Source: Thermodesulfobacteriota bacterium
GTDB taxonomy: Bacteria; Desulfobacterota; Desulfomonilia; UBA1062
NCBI GenBank assembly: GCA_036834365.1
Contig: DAITOA010000013.1
Span: 141 to 64,140 of the forward strand
Reading direction: 5' to 3'
Length of the DNA stretch: 64,000 bases
The notes below the pieces were generated by a model. That model had not been told where the DNA came from. It saw only the letters and a program-made list of their open reading frames with translations, and ran no database searches. The position numbers and the translations under genes are program-made. Below, one piece after another: positions 27,739-37,178 of this stretch (positions are counted from its first letter, which is position 1; each line of letters begins with the position of its first letter).

Positions 27739-28101
27739 CTAGTAGCGCCGTCCGCCTCCGCCACCACCGCCGGGACGCCGTCCACCGCCGCCACCACCGG
27801 GCCTCCGGTCTCCGCCGCCACCGCCGCCGAACCTCCTGCCGCCTCCGCCGCGGTTATCCTCACGGGGACGGGCTTCATTGACATTGATGGCCCTGCCCTT
27901 CAGATCCTTGCCGTTCAGACCGGAAATGGCGGCCTGACCGGCCTCTTTGGACGGCATCTCAACAAAGCCGAATCCGCGGGAATCCCCAGTGAATTTATCG
28001 CGGATCACATTTGCCGATGTCACTTCTCCGAATGCCTGGAACGCCTGCTGCAGATCCTCGTTGGTAACATCGCGTGACAGATTTCCTACAAAGATATTCA
28101 T
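27739..28101 (-). CDS. RRM-type RNA-binding protein with Gly/Arg-rich (RGG) C-terminal tail
   Basis: RNP2 (IFVGNL) and RNP1 (RGFGFVEM) motifs, then a GGGGRRPGGGG repeat tail. Confidence 0.85.
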   Translation of the reverse strand: MNIFVGNLSRDVTNEDLQQAFQAFGEVTSANVIRDKFTGDSRGFGFVEMPSKEAGQAAISGLNGKDLKGRAINVNEARPREDNRGGGGRRFGGGGGGDRRPGGGGGGRRPGGGGGGGRRY

Positions 28102-28267
28102 GTGCTACCTCCAAAATAGTGTGTAAAGCGTAGTGAGCTTCGCCGGGAGTCTACAGGGCGTTCCTGTGGTCGGAAAATTGTGAGGCTTCCTTCGAAGACA
28201 TCCTTGTACTCTTATACTCCTCAAAGTGCCGGGAAACAAGACCCTCCCTCCATCGGAACGAAAAAAA

Positions 28268-29476
28268 TCATCCGTGGCCGGCCCACAGGGGCAGCAATCC
28301 ACCCAGCCGTACCATGAGGGCCTCGGGAACGGCATCGTTGGCCGCCTCCAGGGTAATTTCGGGCACACCGCCGAAGACCTCGCAGGCGCGGAGGATGATC
28401 CGGTCGTCCCAGATGGTGTTCAGGTCGTCCTTGACGAGCGTCTCCGAGGCGAACGCAGATCCCAGGCCGCCGAGCCAGTTGGTTACCAGGTGGTTGGCCA
28501 ATCTGGGCACCACCCTGGAGGTGTCCAGGTAGGTATTCCTCCGGGACTCAGGGATGGAGCGTCTGCTCTCCAGGAGCCAGGCCAGCGAGACCATGTCATG
28601 GGCCACCACCGACTCCGATGCGATGACCAAGCCGGTCTCCGGTTCGTAGACATACCCCTCGTCGGGTCCGAAGGTGGTGAGCACTTTGTCCGCCGCAGAC
28701 AGGACGATACGCTGCTTGTCCCTCAGGGTTCCCACGGTGTTACCCTCTGCGGTCTTTTCCTGGAGGGTGGCGGCATCCCGGTGATATTCCAGTCGCGTAT
28801 CGTGGCGCCAGTACCCGACTGCGGCCTTCAGACCGAGCGTGCTGCCGGCGAGGAAATGGCGTCCGCACCGGGGTATGAGGACGATGTGCTGCACGTCCCT
28901 GAGGATGTTCGGCATCATGATGCCCCGCTTCCAGTGTGCCCCGGCCGTCGGCATGTCTTCATAGAAAGCTTCCCATCCCGCCTCCTCGAACGGGTGGATC
29001 TCGGCGCCCGCCGCCCGGACGGCATCCGCGAGGCCCGAAGCCTCCATCAGCTTACGGGTGCTTCCGGAGAGCGAATCCCGAGAGAACCGCACATGCATAA
29101 CCCCGGACATGTCCCCCACGATCACCCTTCCGGCACCCTTCTCCTTCAAGAGCCCGATCATGGCGGCAACAGCGGCGGGGCTGGTGGTCGCCGGGTAGGG
29201 ATTGCCCGAGTTGACCACCGGCTTGATGAATACGGCATCACCCCTTGCAAGCCAGGAGAAGTCCGTCGCAGCCTCGACCGCTTCCCTGACCGCCTGCCCG
29301 ATCTCCTGCCCGGAGGCCCCCCTGCCCTCACCGGCAAGCATAACCTTGACTCCGGGCCCCGGGGAGAGCTTCCTGCCTTCGACCGGGGGCTGGGACGCCC
29401 CGGCCTCGCTGTTCAATGGGAACGCTGATAGAGCAGCGGCAGCTGCCGCCATCTTCAGGAATCTCCTCCGGTCCAT
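28268..29476 (-). CDS. Tat-secreted DUF362-family protein
   Basis: GAGGAGG RBS 5 nt before the ATG. Twin-arginine signal MDRRRFLKMAAAAAALSAF. The remainder resembles the DUF362 alpha/beta domain. The ORF-track start at 29569 is probably too long. Confidence 0.5.
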   Translation of the reverse strand: MDRRRFLKMAAAAAALSAFPLNSEAGASQPPVEGRKLSPGPGVKVMLAGEGRGASGQEIGQAVREAVEAATDFSWLARGDAVFIKPVVNSGNPYPATTSPAAVAAMIGLLKEKGAGRVIVGDMSGVMHVRFSRDSLSGSTRKLMEASGLADAVRAAGAEIHPFEEAGWEAFYEDMPTAGAHWKRGIMMPNILRDVQHIVLIPRCGRHFLAGSTLGLKAAVGYWRHDTRLEYHRDAATLQEKTAEGNTVGTLRDKQRIVLSAADKVLTTFGPDEGYVYEPETGLVIASESVVAHDMVSLAWLLESRRSIPESRRNTYLDTSRVVPRLANHLVTNWLGGLGSAFASETLVKDDLNTIWDDRIILRACEVFGGVPEITLEAANDAVPEALMVRLGGLLPLWAGHG

Positions 29477-29774
29477 GGTCACCTCCTCGGCAGGTTCATT
29501 GTTCATGGAAGACTCGGTGTATCTTATACCACGGAGTGCACCCGAGAGACACCCGGGTGTTTTCGGCATCGAGCCGACTCATTCTTCCGACAGTTTTCTG
29601 TCCATGGATCTCCCCGTCGGATATAAGCATGAACCGCCATGAGTTGCCCGGTGGGATCCCAGAATTATATTATCAGTATACCCAAGGAATGGAGTGACCC
29701 TCTTGTTTGAAAGGATGGGGGAAAGCCCCCCTTTTGACTTTCCGATTACGGGTACCCCGAAAAAGAAGGAATCC

Positions 29775-32294
29775 ATGGTCCGACACGATACGATCATCAG
29801 GAGTATGTGTCTCGGCGTTATCCTTGTCACCCTTGTCTTCCCGGGACACCTGTCGGCATCGACAGATCCCGGTATTGCCCGTGGACAAAGGAACAAACCC
29901 CTCGTCGTGGGTGGAGACCGCGATTATCCCCCATATGAATATCTCGACGAGAGAGGGAGACCGTCAGGGTACAACGTCGATCTCATCCGTGCAGTGGCCC
30001 AGGTCATGGGTATGAACATAGAGATCAGGCTCGGCCCCTGGGCGCAGGTCCGGAATGCCCTGGAGACCGGAAAGATCGACATGATTGAAGGGATGTTCTC
30101 ATCGCCGGAACGAATGAACTATGTGGACTTTTCGGTACCCCATACGATCATCCACCATGCCGTGTTCATCCGCAAAGAGGGCATCCGGATTGAGGCGCTG
30201 GAAGACCTGAAGGGCAAGGAGATCATCGTCCAGAAAGGCGATATCATGCACGACTATGTCCTTGCAAAAGGCCTTTCCACGCGAGTCGTGCTGGTGGAGA
30301 GCCCGGTAGAGGCACTGAGGATACTCTCCTCGGGCAGACATGACTGCGCCCTTCTGCTGGAGTCGCAGGGCCTCTTCCTGGCACATAAATACCGGCTTTC
30401 GAATATCACGACCACCGGACCGCCTTTCGCCCCTGACGAATACTGTTTCGCCGTGAAGAAGGGAAACGATCGGCTCCTGGCCCAACTGAACCAGGGCATC
30501 GGCATCATCAAGGCAACGGGCCGGTACAACGAGATCCATGACAAATGGATGGGTACCCTGCAGACCGGGGGCATATCCGCCGACGAGGCTTTCCGGTGGG
30601 TCGCATTTGTCGTAGGTCCGCTGATTCTCCTCCTTGTGGCTGTTGTCCTGTGGTCCTGGTCGCTACGCTCACAGGTACGCCGGCGGACGGATCAATTATC
30701 AGAGGAGCTGGCCGAGAGGAAGCAGGCCGAGGAGGCACTCCGGCAGAGCGAGGCTAAGTTCCGTTTCCTGACGGAAAAGATGAATGACGTCATCTGGACC
30801 GCTGACATGGATTTCCGCGTAACCTATGTCAGCCCCTCCATCGAGAAGGCCCTCGGCTTCACCCCCGAAGAACGGCTGAACCAACAGGTCGCCGAGACCA
30901 TGACCCCCGAGTCGTACGCCCGGGCGCTGCAACTCCTCACAGCAGAGATCGAGAGGGAGCAGGACCCGACGGCGGACCCCGAGAGAACGGTCAAGCTGGA
31001 CATCGAGTACTACCACAAGAGCGGCTCCACCGTGTGGATGGAAAACGTCATCAGTGCCATCCGCGACGATGGGGGCACCATCATCGGGATACACGGCGTA
31101 TCCCGCGACATCACCGAACGGAAGCAGGCCGACCTGGAGAGGAAGAGGCTCGAGTCGCAGCTCTCGCAGGCCCAGAAGATGGAATCCATCGGCACCCTTG
31201 CCGGAGGTATCGCCCATGACTTCAACAACATCCTCTCGGCCATCATCGGTTATACAGAGCTTGCCCTGGATGATTCCTCCGATCCGGTCAAGGTTCAGCG
31301 CGGGCTCAAGGAGGTGCTCAAGGCGGGGGAACGGGCCAGGGGCCTGGTGAAGCAGATCCTTACCTTCAGCAGAAAGACCGATGCCGACTACTCACCGCTG
31401 GTGCTTCGCACCGTCATCAAGGAATCGCTCAGGATGCTGCGCTCGGTCATGCCCACCACCATCGAGATCCGCCAGAATCTCATCGATTCAGGATTGGTCA
31501 TGGCGGATCCTACCCAGATCCACCAGGTGATGATAAACCTCTGCACCAATGCCGTCCATGCCATGGATGAAACAGGGGGGGTGCTGATGGTCGAGCTGAA
31601 GCGGGAGTCCCTCGAGGAGGAGGCCTCGGGCGGTCTGGGCCTGCACCCTGGTTCCTACCTGAGGATCACGGTGCAGGATACGGGTCACGGCATGACTCCC
31701 GAGGTCATGGAGCGGATCTTCGATCCGTACTTCACCACCAAGGCTACCGGCCAAGGCACAGGCCTGGGCCTGGCGGTGGTCCATGGGATCGTGAAAAGTC
31801 ATGGGGGGGCCATCACCTGTTCCAGCGTACCCGGGTACGGAACCACCTTCCACCTATATCTTCCGGAGATCGAACCCGGTAGAAACGAGGAAAAAGTCCC
31901 GGATGGAAGATCCCTGCAGACAGGAACGGAACGCATCCTCATGGTGGATGATGAACCAACCCTGGCAGATCTGGTGGAGAAGATGCTCGGCGGACTGGGT
32001 TATTCGGTCACGTCGAGGACCAGCAGTGAGGAGGCACTGGAGCTTTTCCGGAAAGATCCGGATCGCTTCGACCTGGTGATCTCGGACATGACGATGCCGG
32101 GCCTGACGGGTGACCGTCTGGCCCAGAGGCTCCTGGAGATCAGGCGCGACATCCCGATCATCCTGTGTACGGGGTACAGCGAGCGTATCACGGAAGAGCG
32201 GGCGAAATCGATCGGCATCAGAAAGTTCATCCTCAAGCCGCTGACGAGGGACAGCCTGGCGGAAGCCGTCCGCAGCGTTCTCGACCGGAGGTGA
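29775..32294 (+). CDS. Hybrid sensor histidine kinase: periplasmic SBP_bac_3 sensor + TM + PAS + HisKA/HATPase_c + C-terminal REC
   Basis: Signal/TM, then an amino-acid-type SBP domain (VVGGDRDYPPYEY...), a second TM and PAS. H-box HDFNNILSAI, G-boxes, and a REC with ILMVDDE...DLVISDMTMPG. Confidence 0.85.
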   Translation: MVRHDTIIRSMCLGVILVTLVFPGHLSASTDPGIARGQRNKPLVVGGDRDYPPYEYLDERGRPSGYNVDLIRAVAQVMGMNIEIRLGPWAQVRNALETGKIDMIEGMFSSPERMNYVDFSVPHTIIHHAVFIRKEGIRIEALEDLKGKEIIVQKGDIMHDYVLAKGLSTRVVLVESPVEALRILSSGRHDCALLLESQGLFLAHKYRLSNITTTGPPFAPDEYCFAVKKGNDRLLAQLNQGIGIIKATGRYNEIHDKWMGTLQTGGISADEAFRWVAFVVGPLILLLVAVVLWSWSLRSQVRRRTDQLSEELAERKQAEEALRQSEAKFRFLTEKMNDVIWTADMDFRVTYVSPSIEKALGFTPEERLNQQVAETMTPESYARALQLLTAEIEREQDPTADPERTVKLDIEYYHKSGSTVWMENVISAIRDDGGTIIGIHGVSRDITERKQADLERKRLESQLSQAQKMESIGTLAGGIAHDFNNILSAIIGYTELALDDSSDPVKVQRGLKEVLKAGERARGLVKQILTFSRKTDADYSPLVLRTVIKESLRMLRSVMPTTIEIRQNLIDSGLVMADPTQIHQVMINLCTNAVHAMDETGGVLMVELKRESLEEEASGGLGLHPGSYLRITVQDTGHGMTPEVMERIFDPYFTTKATGQGTGLGLAVVHGIVKSHGGAITCSSVPGYGTTFHLYLPEIEPGRNEEKVPDGRSLQTGTERILMVDDEPTLADLVEKMLGGLGYSVTSRTSSEEALELFRKDPDRFDLVISDMTMPGLTGDRLAQRLLEIRRDIPIILCTGYSERITEERAKSIGIRKFILKPLTRDSLAEAVRSVLDRR

Positions 32295-32366
32295 TGCACC
32301 CCACCCCCTTGGATACCCTTCATCCCGGGGATTCAACGACACTGGATATCTCATGCATACCATGCT

Positions 32367-33473
32367 ATGTTTTATCTACCGGAAGATATGGACAGAACCA
32401 ACCTCAACCGAATCATCATCGTGCTGATCGTCGTCCTGATCACTGCCGTGTTCTTTGCCATGATCCGCCAGTTCGTCATGGCCATCGTGCTGGCGGGCAT
32501 CTTCTCGGCCATGGCCCAGCCCGTGTACAGGCGCATAGAACAGTGGCTCGGGGGCCGTTCGAACCTGGCGTCGCTGGCCACCATCGTCTTCATATTCCTC
32601 ATCTTCCTTGTTCCCCTGGTCGGGATCCTGGGGATCGTTGCAGGCCAGGCCATCAAGATCAGCCAGTCCGTGAGGCCCTTCATCGACCAGTGGATGAACA
32701 CGCCCTCGGCCTTCAGCGATCGTCTTCAGTCGCTGCCGTTCTACGGGAACCTTACCGCGTATCAGGGTCTCTTCCTGCAGAAAACGGGCGAGATGGTCTC
32801 CAGGGTAAGCACCTTTCTCTTCAACAGCGCGTCGTCCATCACCGTTTCCACCATCAACACCGTGTTCCTGTTCTTCGTATTCCTTTACACCATGTTCTTC
32901 TTTCTCAAGGAAGGCCGGGCGATCCTGGACAGATTCCTCTACTACATCCCGCTGCCCCGGAATGTGGAACAGCGCATCCTGGAGAGGTTCATCTCGGTCG
33001 CCAAGGCGGCCATCAAGGGGACCCTGGTCATCGGTATCATCCAGGGCAGCCTTGCCGGAGCCGCATTCTGGGTTGTAGGCATCGAGGGGGCGGCCTTCTG
33101 GGGGACCGTCATGACGGTCCTGTCCATCATCCCCGCAGTGGGATCCGCCATTATCTGGTTCCCGGCGGCGGTCATCCTGGCCTTCACCGGGAGCTACCTC
33201 AAGGCCGTCGGCCTGTTCGCATTCTGCAGCCTGCTGGTGGGGAGCGTGGACAACCTCGTGCGGCCGTGGCTCGTGGGCAGGGGCACTCAGCTGCACGAGC
33301 TCATGATCTTTTTCGGCACCCTGGGAGGGCTGAGCCTCTTCGGCCTTGTGGGATTCATCATAGGACCCATCGTGGCGGCCCTGTTCACCACCGTGTGGGA
33401 CATCTATGCGGAAAATTTCTCAGACCTCCTCCCGGACATGCAGCCGGAAGACCGGGATGAGAGACGATCCTGA
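32367..33473 (+). CDS. AI-2E family transporter (PerM/YhhT-like permease)
   Basis: 8 TM helices and typical AI-2E family organisation. 368 aa. Confidence 0.75.
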   Translation: MFYLPEDMDRTNLNRIIIVLIVVLITAVFFAMIRQFVMAIVLAGIFSAMAQPVYRRIEQWLGGRSNLASLATIVFIFLIFLVPLVGILGIVAGQAIKISQSVRPFIDQWMNTPSAFSDRLQSLPFYGNLTAYQGLFLQKTGEMVSRVSTFLFNSASSITVSTINTVFLFFVFLYTMFFFLKEGRAILDRFLYYIPLPRNVEQRILERFISVAKAAIKGTLVIGIIQGSLAGAAFWVVGIEGAAFWGTVMTVLSIIPAVGSAIIWFPAAVILAFTGSYLKAVGLFAFCSLLVGSVDNLVRPWLVGRGTQLHELMIFFGTLGGLSLFGLVGFIIGPIVAALFTTVWDIYAENFSDLLPDMQPEDRDERRS

Positions 33474-33506
33474 GGGCAACAAGGGGAACGTCTTTTTCCT
33501 GACCTG

Positions 33507-33567
33507 CCGATTCTGTCACGTTCACCTGAGATAAGAGGAAAGCACCAAGTGAACGTGACAGAACCGG
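33507..33567. terminator. 19-bp stem (1 mismatch) / 23-nt loop hairpin between convergent AI-2E transporter and GAF-kinase genes
   Basis: The arm ccgattctgtcacgttcac pairs with gtgaacgtgacagaaccgg. Read directly. Confidence 0.45.
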
Positions 33568-33611
33568 CAGGCTATACAACCATACCCTGTCCGGGGGAGA
33601 AAATCGAGGCT

Positions 33612-34835
33612 CTACCGCAAGCCGGGGATCGAGAAGACGAAGCGGCTCCCCCTCTTCCCGTCGCTCTCCACGCGGATGGTGCCCCGGTGAGCTTCTACCG
33701 CCATCCTGCAGAACGTCAGGCCGAGGCCCGTCGAGTATCTCCTCCCGTCCCTCTTCCTGGTGATCTGGAAGAATTTGTCGAAAACGGCCTTGTGGAATTC
33801 CGGGGAAATGCCGGGACCCTGGTCCTGCACATGAAACTCCACCCCGCCGCCTGAGCGCTCAAAACCGACCTCCACCCGGCCCCCGTGGGGTGAATGCTGA
33901 ACTGCATTGACCAGCAGGTTCTGCAGGATGCGCAGCAGGATGCCGCGGTCCCCGGTGAAAGGCTCGCCACCGCTTTCAGGGATGCACTCGGTGAGCTCGA
34001 CTCCCCTGGCTCCGGCCATGCCGTGCAGGCGGACGACCGACTCGTGGATGAGCGCTGCGGGGTCGACCTTCTCGTAAACGAGGCTGAGGCAGCCTTCCTC
34101 GAGCCTGGTGATGTCGAGCAGGTCGGATATCATGCGGAACAGCGTGTCGCAGCCGGACTGGGCCGTCTGGACGAACTCGAGGTTGTCGCCCGTGTTCGTG
34201 TATGAGAGGATGTCGAGGTTCGCCACGATTTCCGAGAGAGGCCCCTTCAGGTCGTGGATGATCATGTTGAAGAGTTCGTTGCGGATCCTTTCCAGGTTCC
34301 TGAGCTCCACGTTCTTCCTTTTGATGTCGGCCCTGCTGCGACGCAGGCGCTCCTCCATCTGCTGGTTCTCCACGGCGCTGATGACCTGGCCGGCAAGGGT
34401 CAGGAGGAACTCCTGTTCCTGGGCATTGAACGAGTCGTCATCCTTCCGGTCGGTGACGCTCAGTACGCCGATGACCCTGCTGCGGCTGATGATGGGGGCC
34501 AGGAGGAAGGCGTTCTTCTTGTAGTGGTCGTATCTCCGACGGAACCCGGTGTCTTCCGAACCCGGCCCCACGTAGAGTATCCTCCTGTTCCTGACCACCC
34601 ATGCCGAGGGGGTGTCCTCTTCGATGGACTGTCGGACACCCACCAGCGATGGGTTCGTCGACACGACGACCTCCAGGGTCCTCCTCCCGCGCAGCAGCAT
34701 GATGGAGCCGCACTCGGTATTCATGCAGGCAAGGACCTCACCGAGAATACGCTTTAGTTTGCCCTCGAAGGTAAGGGATCTCCGGTGCGATATCTCCATG
34801 ATCTTCAGGATGGTATGAGGAGTCTGCGGTGCCAT
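33612..34835 (-). CDS. GAF-domain sensor histidine kinase (HisKA + HATPase_c)
   Basis: GGAGG RBS. N-terminal GAF, H-box HDLKGPLSEI and G-boxes (QDQGPGI, GLGLTF). Confidence 0.85.
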   Translation of the reverse strand: MAPQTPHTILKIMEISHRRSLTFEGKLKRILGEVLACMNTECGSIMLLRGRRTLEVVVSTNPSLVGVRQSIEEDTPSAWVVRNRRILYVGPGSEDTGFRRRYDHYKKNAFLLAPIISRSRVIGVLSVTDRKDDDSFNAQEQEFLLTLAGQVISAVENQQMEERLRRSRADIKRKNVELRNLERIRNELFNMIIHDLKGPLSEIVANLDILSYTNTGDNLEFVQTAQSGCDTLFRMISDLLDITRLEEGCLSLVYEKVDPAALIHESVVRLHGMAGARGVELTECIPESGGEPFTGDRGILLRILQNLLVNAVQHSPHGGRVEVGFERSGGGVEFHVQDQGPGISPEFHKAVFDKFFQITRKRDGRRYSTGLGLTFCRMAVEAHRGTIRVESDGKRGSRFVFSIPGLR

Positions 34836-34846
34836 GTCGCCCTCCG

Positions 34847-36001
34847 TTAGAGACACTGCTTGATGAGCTCCCGGGCTTCCCTGTTCCCCGGCTCGATCTT
34901 CTCCACCTTCTGGAGCACAAGGTCGGCTCGCGCGGTCTGGTTGAGGGATATGTAGACCTTGGCCACCTTCAGGAGCAGCTGAACATTCCCCGACTCCTTC
35001 CGTTCGATCTCCATCAGGTAAGGCATGGCCTTCTTCGATTCGCCTGAACGCACATAGGCATCTACGAGGTTGGACATGATATCGAACCGGTTGGGTATCT
35101 GCTGGAGGATGACGGAGTAGAGCTGTACGGCAAAGCCGTATTCACCCTTGGCCATACAGATGGATGCAATGTCTTCCCGCAGGGACAGTGGATCGTCGGC
35201 CAGGTCGATGATCTTGTTGAACACCTTTACCGCCTTGTTCGCCATACCTTTTTCCAGGAGGATCTTGCCGAAGTTCATTCCCCTTTCCAGGTGGCGGGGA
35301 CTGATCTGCATGGCCCGCTCATAACACTTCGACGCATTGTCCATGTCCCCTTTCCCGAGGTAGAGATCCCCCAGGTAATGGAAGGCGAACACATCCATAT
35401 CGTTCATGCCGGCGGCCTTGAGAAACCACTTCTCCGCCTGATCCATATCGCCCTTCTTGAAGTGGAGGTACCCGAGTTCCCGCACGGGTCTCGACGAGGA
35501 CGGGCTGGCATCCATGGCCAGGATGGCCTCCTGTATGGCCTTGTCGAAATCTCCGTTCTCCTCGAGATCACGCGCACGCTTCAGGTGATACTGCATGGGC
35601 GGAGGATTGTTCGCCCGGTTGATGACCATGAGCACCCTCTCTTCCAGGGCCTTCACGGTAATGGGTTTCAGGATGTAGGCATCGATATCCGATTCGGCGG
35701 CCTCGGCCACGATCTCCCGGTTCGCCTCTGCCGTCACCATCACCACCGGAAGGTCACGAAGCTTCCGGTCGTCCCTGATACGGCCCAGGAGCTCGACCCC
35801 GGTCATGACCGGCATATTCCAGTCCACGATGGCCATATCGATGCGATCCTTTCCCTCGAGTATCTTCCACGCCTCCTGCCCGTCATGGGCATAGAAGAAC
35901 TGGTCGCCGATGTTGAGAACCTTGAACATGCTCCTGATGGACTTGCACATGTTCTCCATGTCGTCCACGATGAGGATGTTCATGTGTTGCATGTCTACCA
36001 T
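34847..36001 (-). CDS. Response regulator receiver fused to TPR-repeat domain
   Basis: REC motifs (ILIVDD, AIVDWNMPVMTG, KP). The C-terminal ~250 aa forms several TPR-like repeats. 10-nt overlap with the kinase. Confidence 0.8.
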   Translation of the reverse strand: MVDMQHMNILIVDDMENMCKSIRSMFKVLNIGDQFFYAHDGQEAWKILEGKDRIDMAIVDWNMPVMTGVELLGRIRDDRKLRDLPVVMVTAEANREIVAEAAESDIDAYILKPITVKALEERVLMVINRANNPPPMQYHLKRARDLEENGDFDKAIQEAILAMDASPSSSRPVRELGYLHFKKGDMDQAEKWFLKAAGMNDMDVFAFHYLGDLYLGKGDMDNASKCYERAMQISPRHLERGMNFGKILLEKGMANKAVKVFNKIIDLADDPLSLREDIASICMAKGEYGFAVQLYSVILQQIPNRFDIMSNLVDAYVRSGESKKAMPYLMEIERKESGNVQLLLKVAKVYISLNQTARADLVLQKVEKIEPGNREARELIKQCL

Positions 36002-36176
36002 ACGTACGACCTCTTACCGTCACGATGGAATGTGGGTTGACCTTCTATCTCTACGTCAGTTTTCCGGAAAACATTAATCCCGGACAGGAACCGAAAGCAG
36101 GCATGATATTAATGGCTTCTACTTGGTTTTGTGCATCACCGGCGACCCCCGGGAGAACACCCTGATCCGCTCATGT

Positions 36177-36614
36177 TCAGACGTTTTCATGGATCGGATT
36201 GATACCTCCCATGGCCTCGGTGAATCTGTTCATAAGTCTTTCGGTAATGATGAAGGGGATGTCCGGACACCTCGTGAACCGGAGCCGGTAACCTTTCATG
36301 ATCCTTCCATGAAACCGCTCGGCACGTATCTCCGACCAGGGGATCAAGAGAGGCGGGTGTGCAATCCTTAAGGGGAAGGCCACCGAGATATGGAGACCTC
36401 CCTGTCCCGGTCCGAAGGCAAGGCAGTTGTTGTAGCCCATCATCCACCTCAGTGAGGCGCTCTGGAACCGGAATGTGCGGCCCTGATAGGGTGTTGACTC
36501 GCGGTAATGGGCCGCCAGTGCGGACCACCCCCCGATACGCGAGATGGCATACATGACCGCGAACCAGAGGATGACGAAGAGAAACAGCAGGTAGTACTCA
36601 GGAATCCCGTTCAT
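36177..36614 (-). CDS. Hypothetical N-terminally anchored membrane protein
   Basis: GGAGG RBS upstream of the internal ATG (MNGIPEYYLLFLFVILWFAVMYAI). No recognisable domain. Confidence 0.4.
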   Translation of the reverse strand: MNGIPEYYLLFLFVILWFAVMYAISRIGGWSALAAHYRESTPYQGRTFRFQSASLRWMMGYNNCLAFGPGQGGLHISVAFPLRIAHPPLLIPWSEIRAERFHGRIMKGYRLRFTRCPDIPFIITERLMNRFTEAMGGINPIHENV

Positions 36615-36754
36615 GATCCGTCTCTCCTCCCCGAAGACATCCATACGCGATGGAGGCATGTCCATGCAAGCGCCTCCTCCGGACCGGTCAGGTTCCTTAT
36701 TTCCTCGCCGACCGAAAGGATGTACAAAGGTCTCCGGGTATGCATACCGGAATG

Positions 36755-36970
36755 AAGATCCTCATGGCAGTCCTTGTCCTGGCCGTGCTCGTGTCCACAG
36801 GGTATCTCGTCCTCTCGGCATTGGAGGCGAGCGGGGCGGGGCACGGCCTTGTCAGGTACTTCGCACGGCTGGGCATCGGAGTGGACCTGCGGGCGGTTAT
36901 CCTGGCCGTGGGCCTCATCCCCCTCGCCTGGCTCGTGGGGTTCATCATCAGGACATGGTCGGTGAAGTGA
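36755..36970 (+). CDS. Possible small two-TM membrane protein (71 aa)
   Basis: Two hydrophobic helices. Weak RBS and no homology signal. Confidence 0.25.
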   Translation, partial: KILMAVLVLAVLVSTGYLVLSALEASGAGHGLVRYFARLGIGVDLRAVILAVGLIPLAWLVGFIIRTWSVK

Positions 36971-37064
36971 AGTTGTCAATTTTCACGCTTATGTCCTGGT
37001 TGGTAGTGAGACATCATCCTGGGAAGAGTTGAGGATAAGGTTTCTGCAGCGCCTGCGGCGCTGG

Positions 37065-37119
37065 CCTCCCCATTGTGTGCATCCCGGGTGAAAAACACGG
37101 GATGCACACAATGGGGAGG
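37065..37119. repeat. 55-nt palindromic element: 22-bp perfect inverted repeat with 11-nt loop; same GTGCATCCCG / CGGGATGCAC core as the element at 11769
   Basis: cctccccattgtgtgcatcccg (37065-37086) is the exact reverse complement of cgggatgcacacaatggggagg (37098-37119). It is preceded by a small 7-bp hairpin (cagcgcc-tgc-ggcgctg) and lies between convergent gene ends. Confidence 0.8.
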
Positions 37120-37178
37120 TTCATATCTATCCGGGCACTGGATAATGATGAGGAGACTCGGTTCTGGCTCCGCACCTC

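Noticed and set aside
27045-27884. 279-aa minus-strand ORF
   Set aside because: Overlaps srkA antisense and the Gly/Arg-tail region of the RRM gene. Composition artefact of (GGN)n repeats.
28226-29428. 400-aa plus-strand ORF
   Set aside because: Antisense to the Tat-signal DUF362 gene, which has a strong RBS and signal logic.
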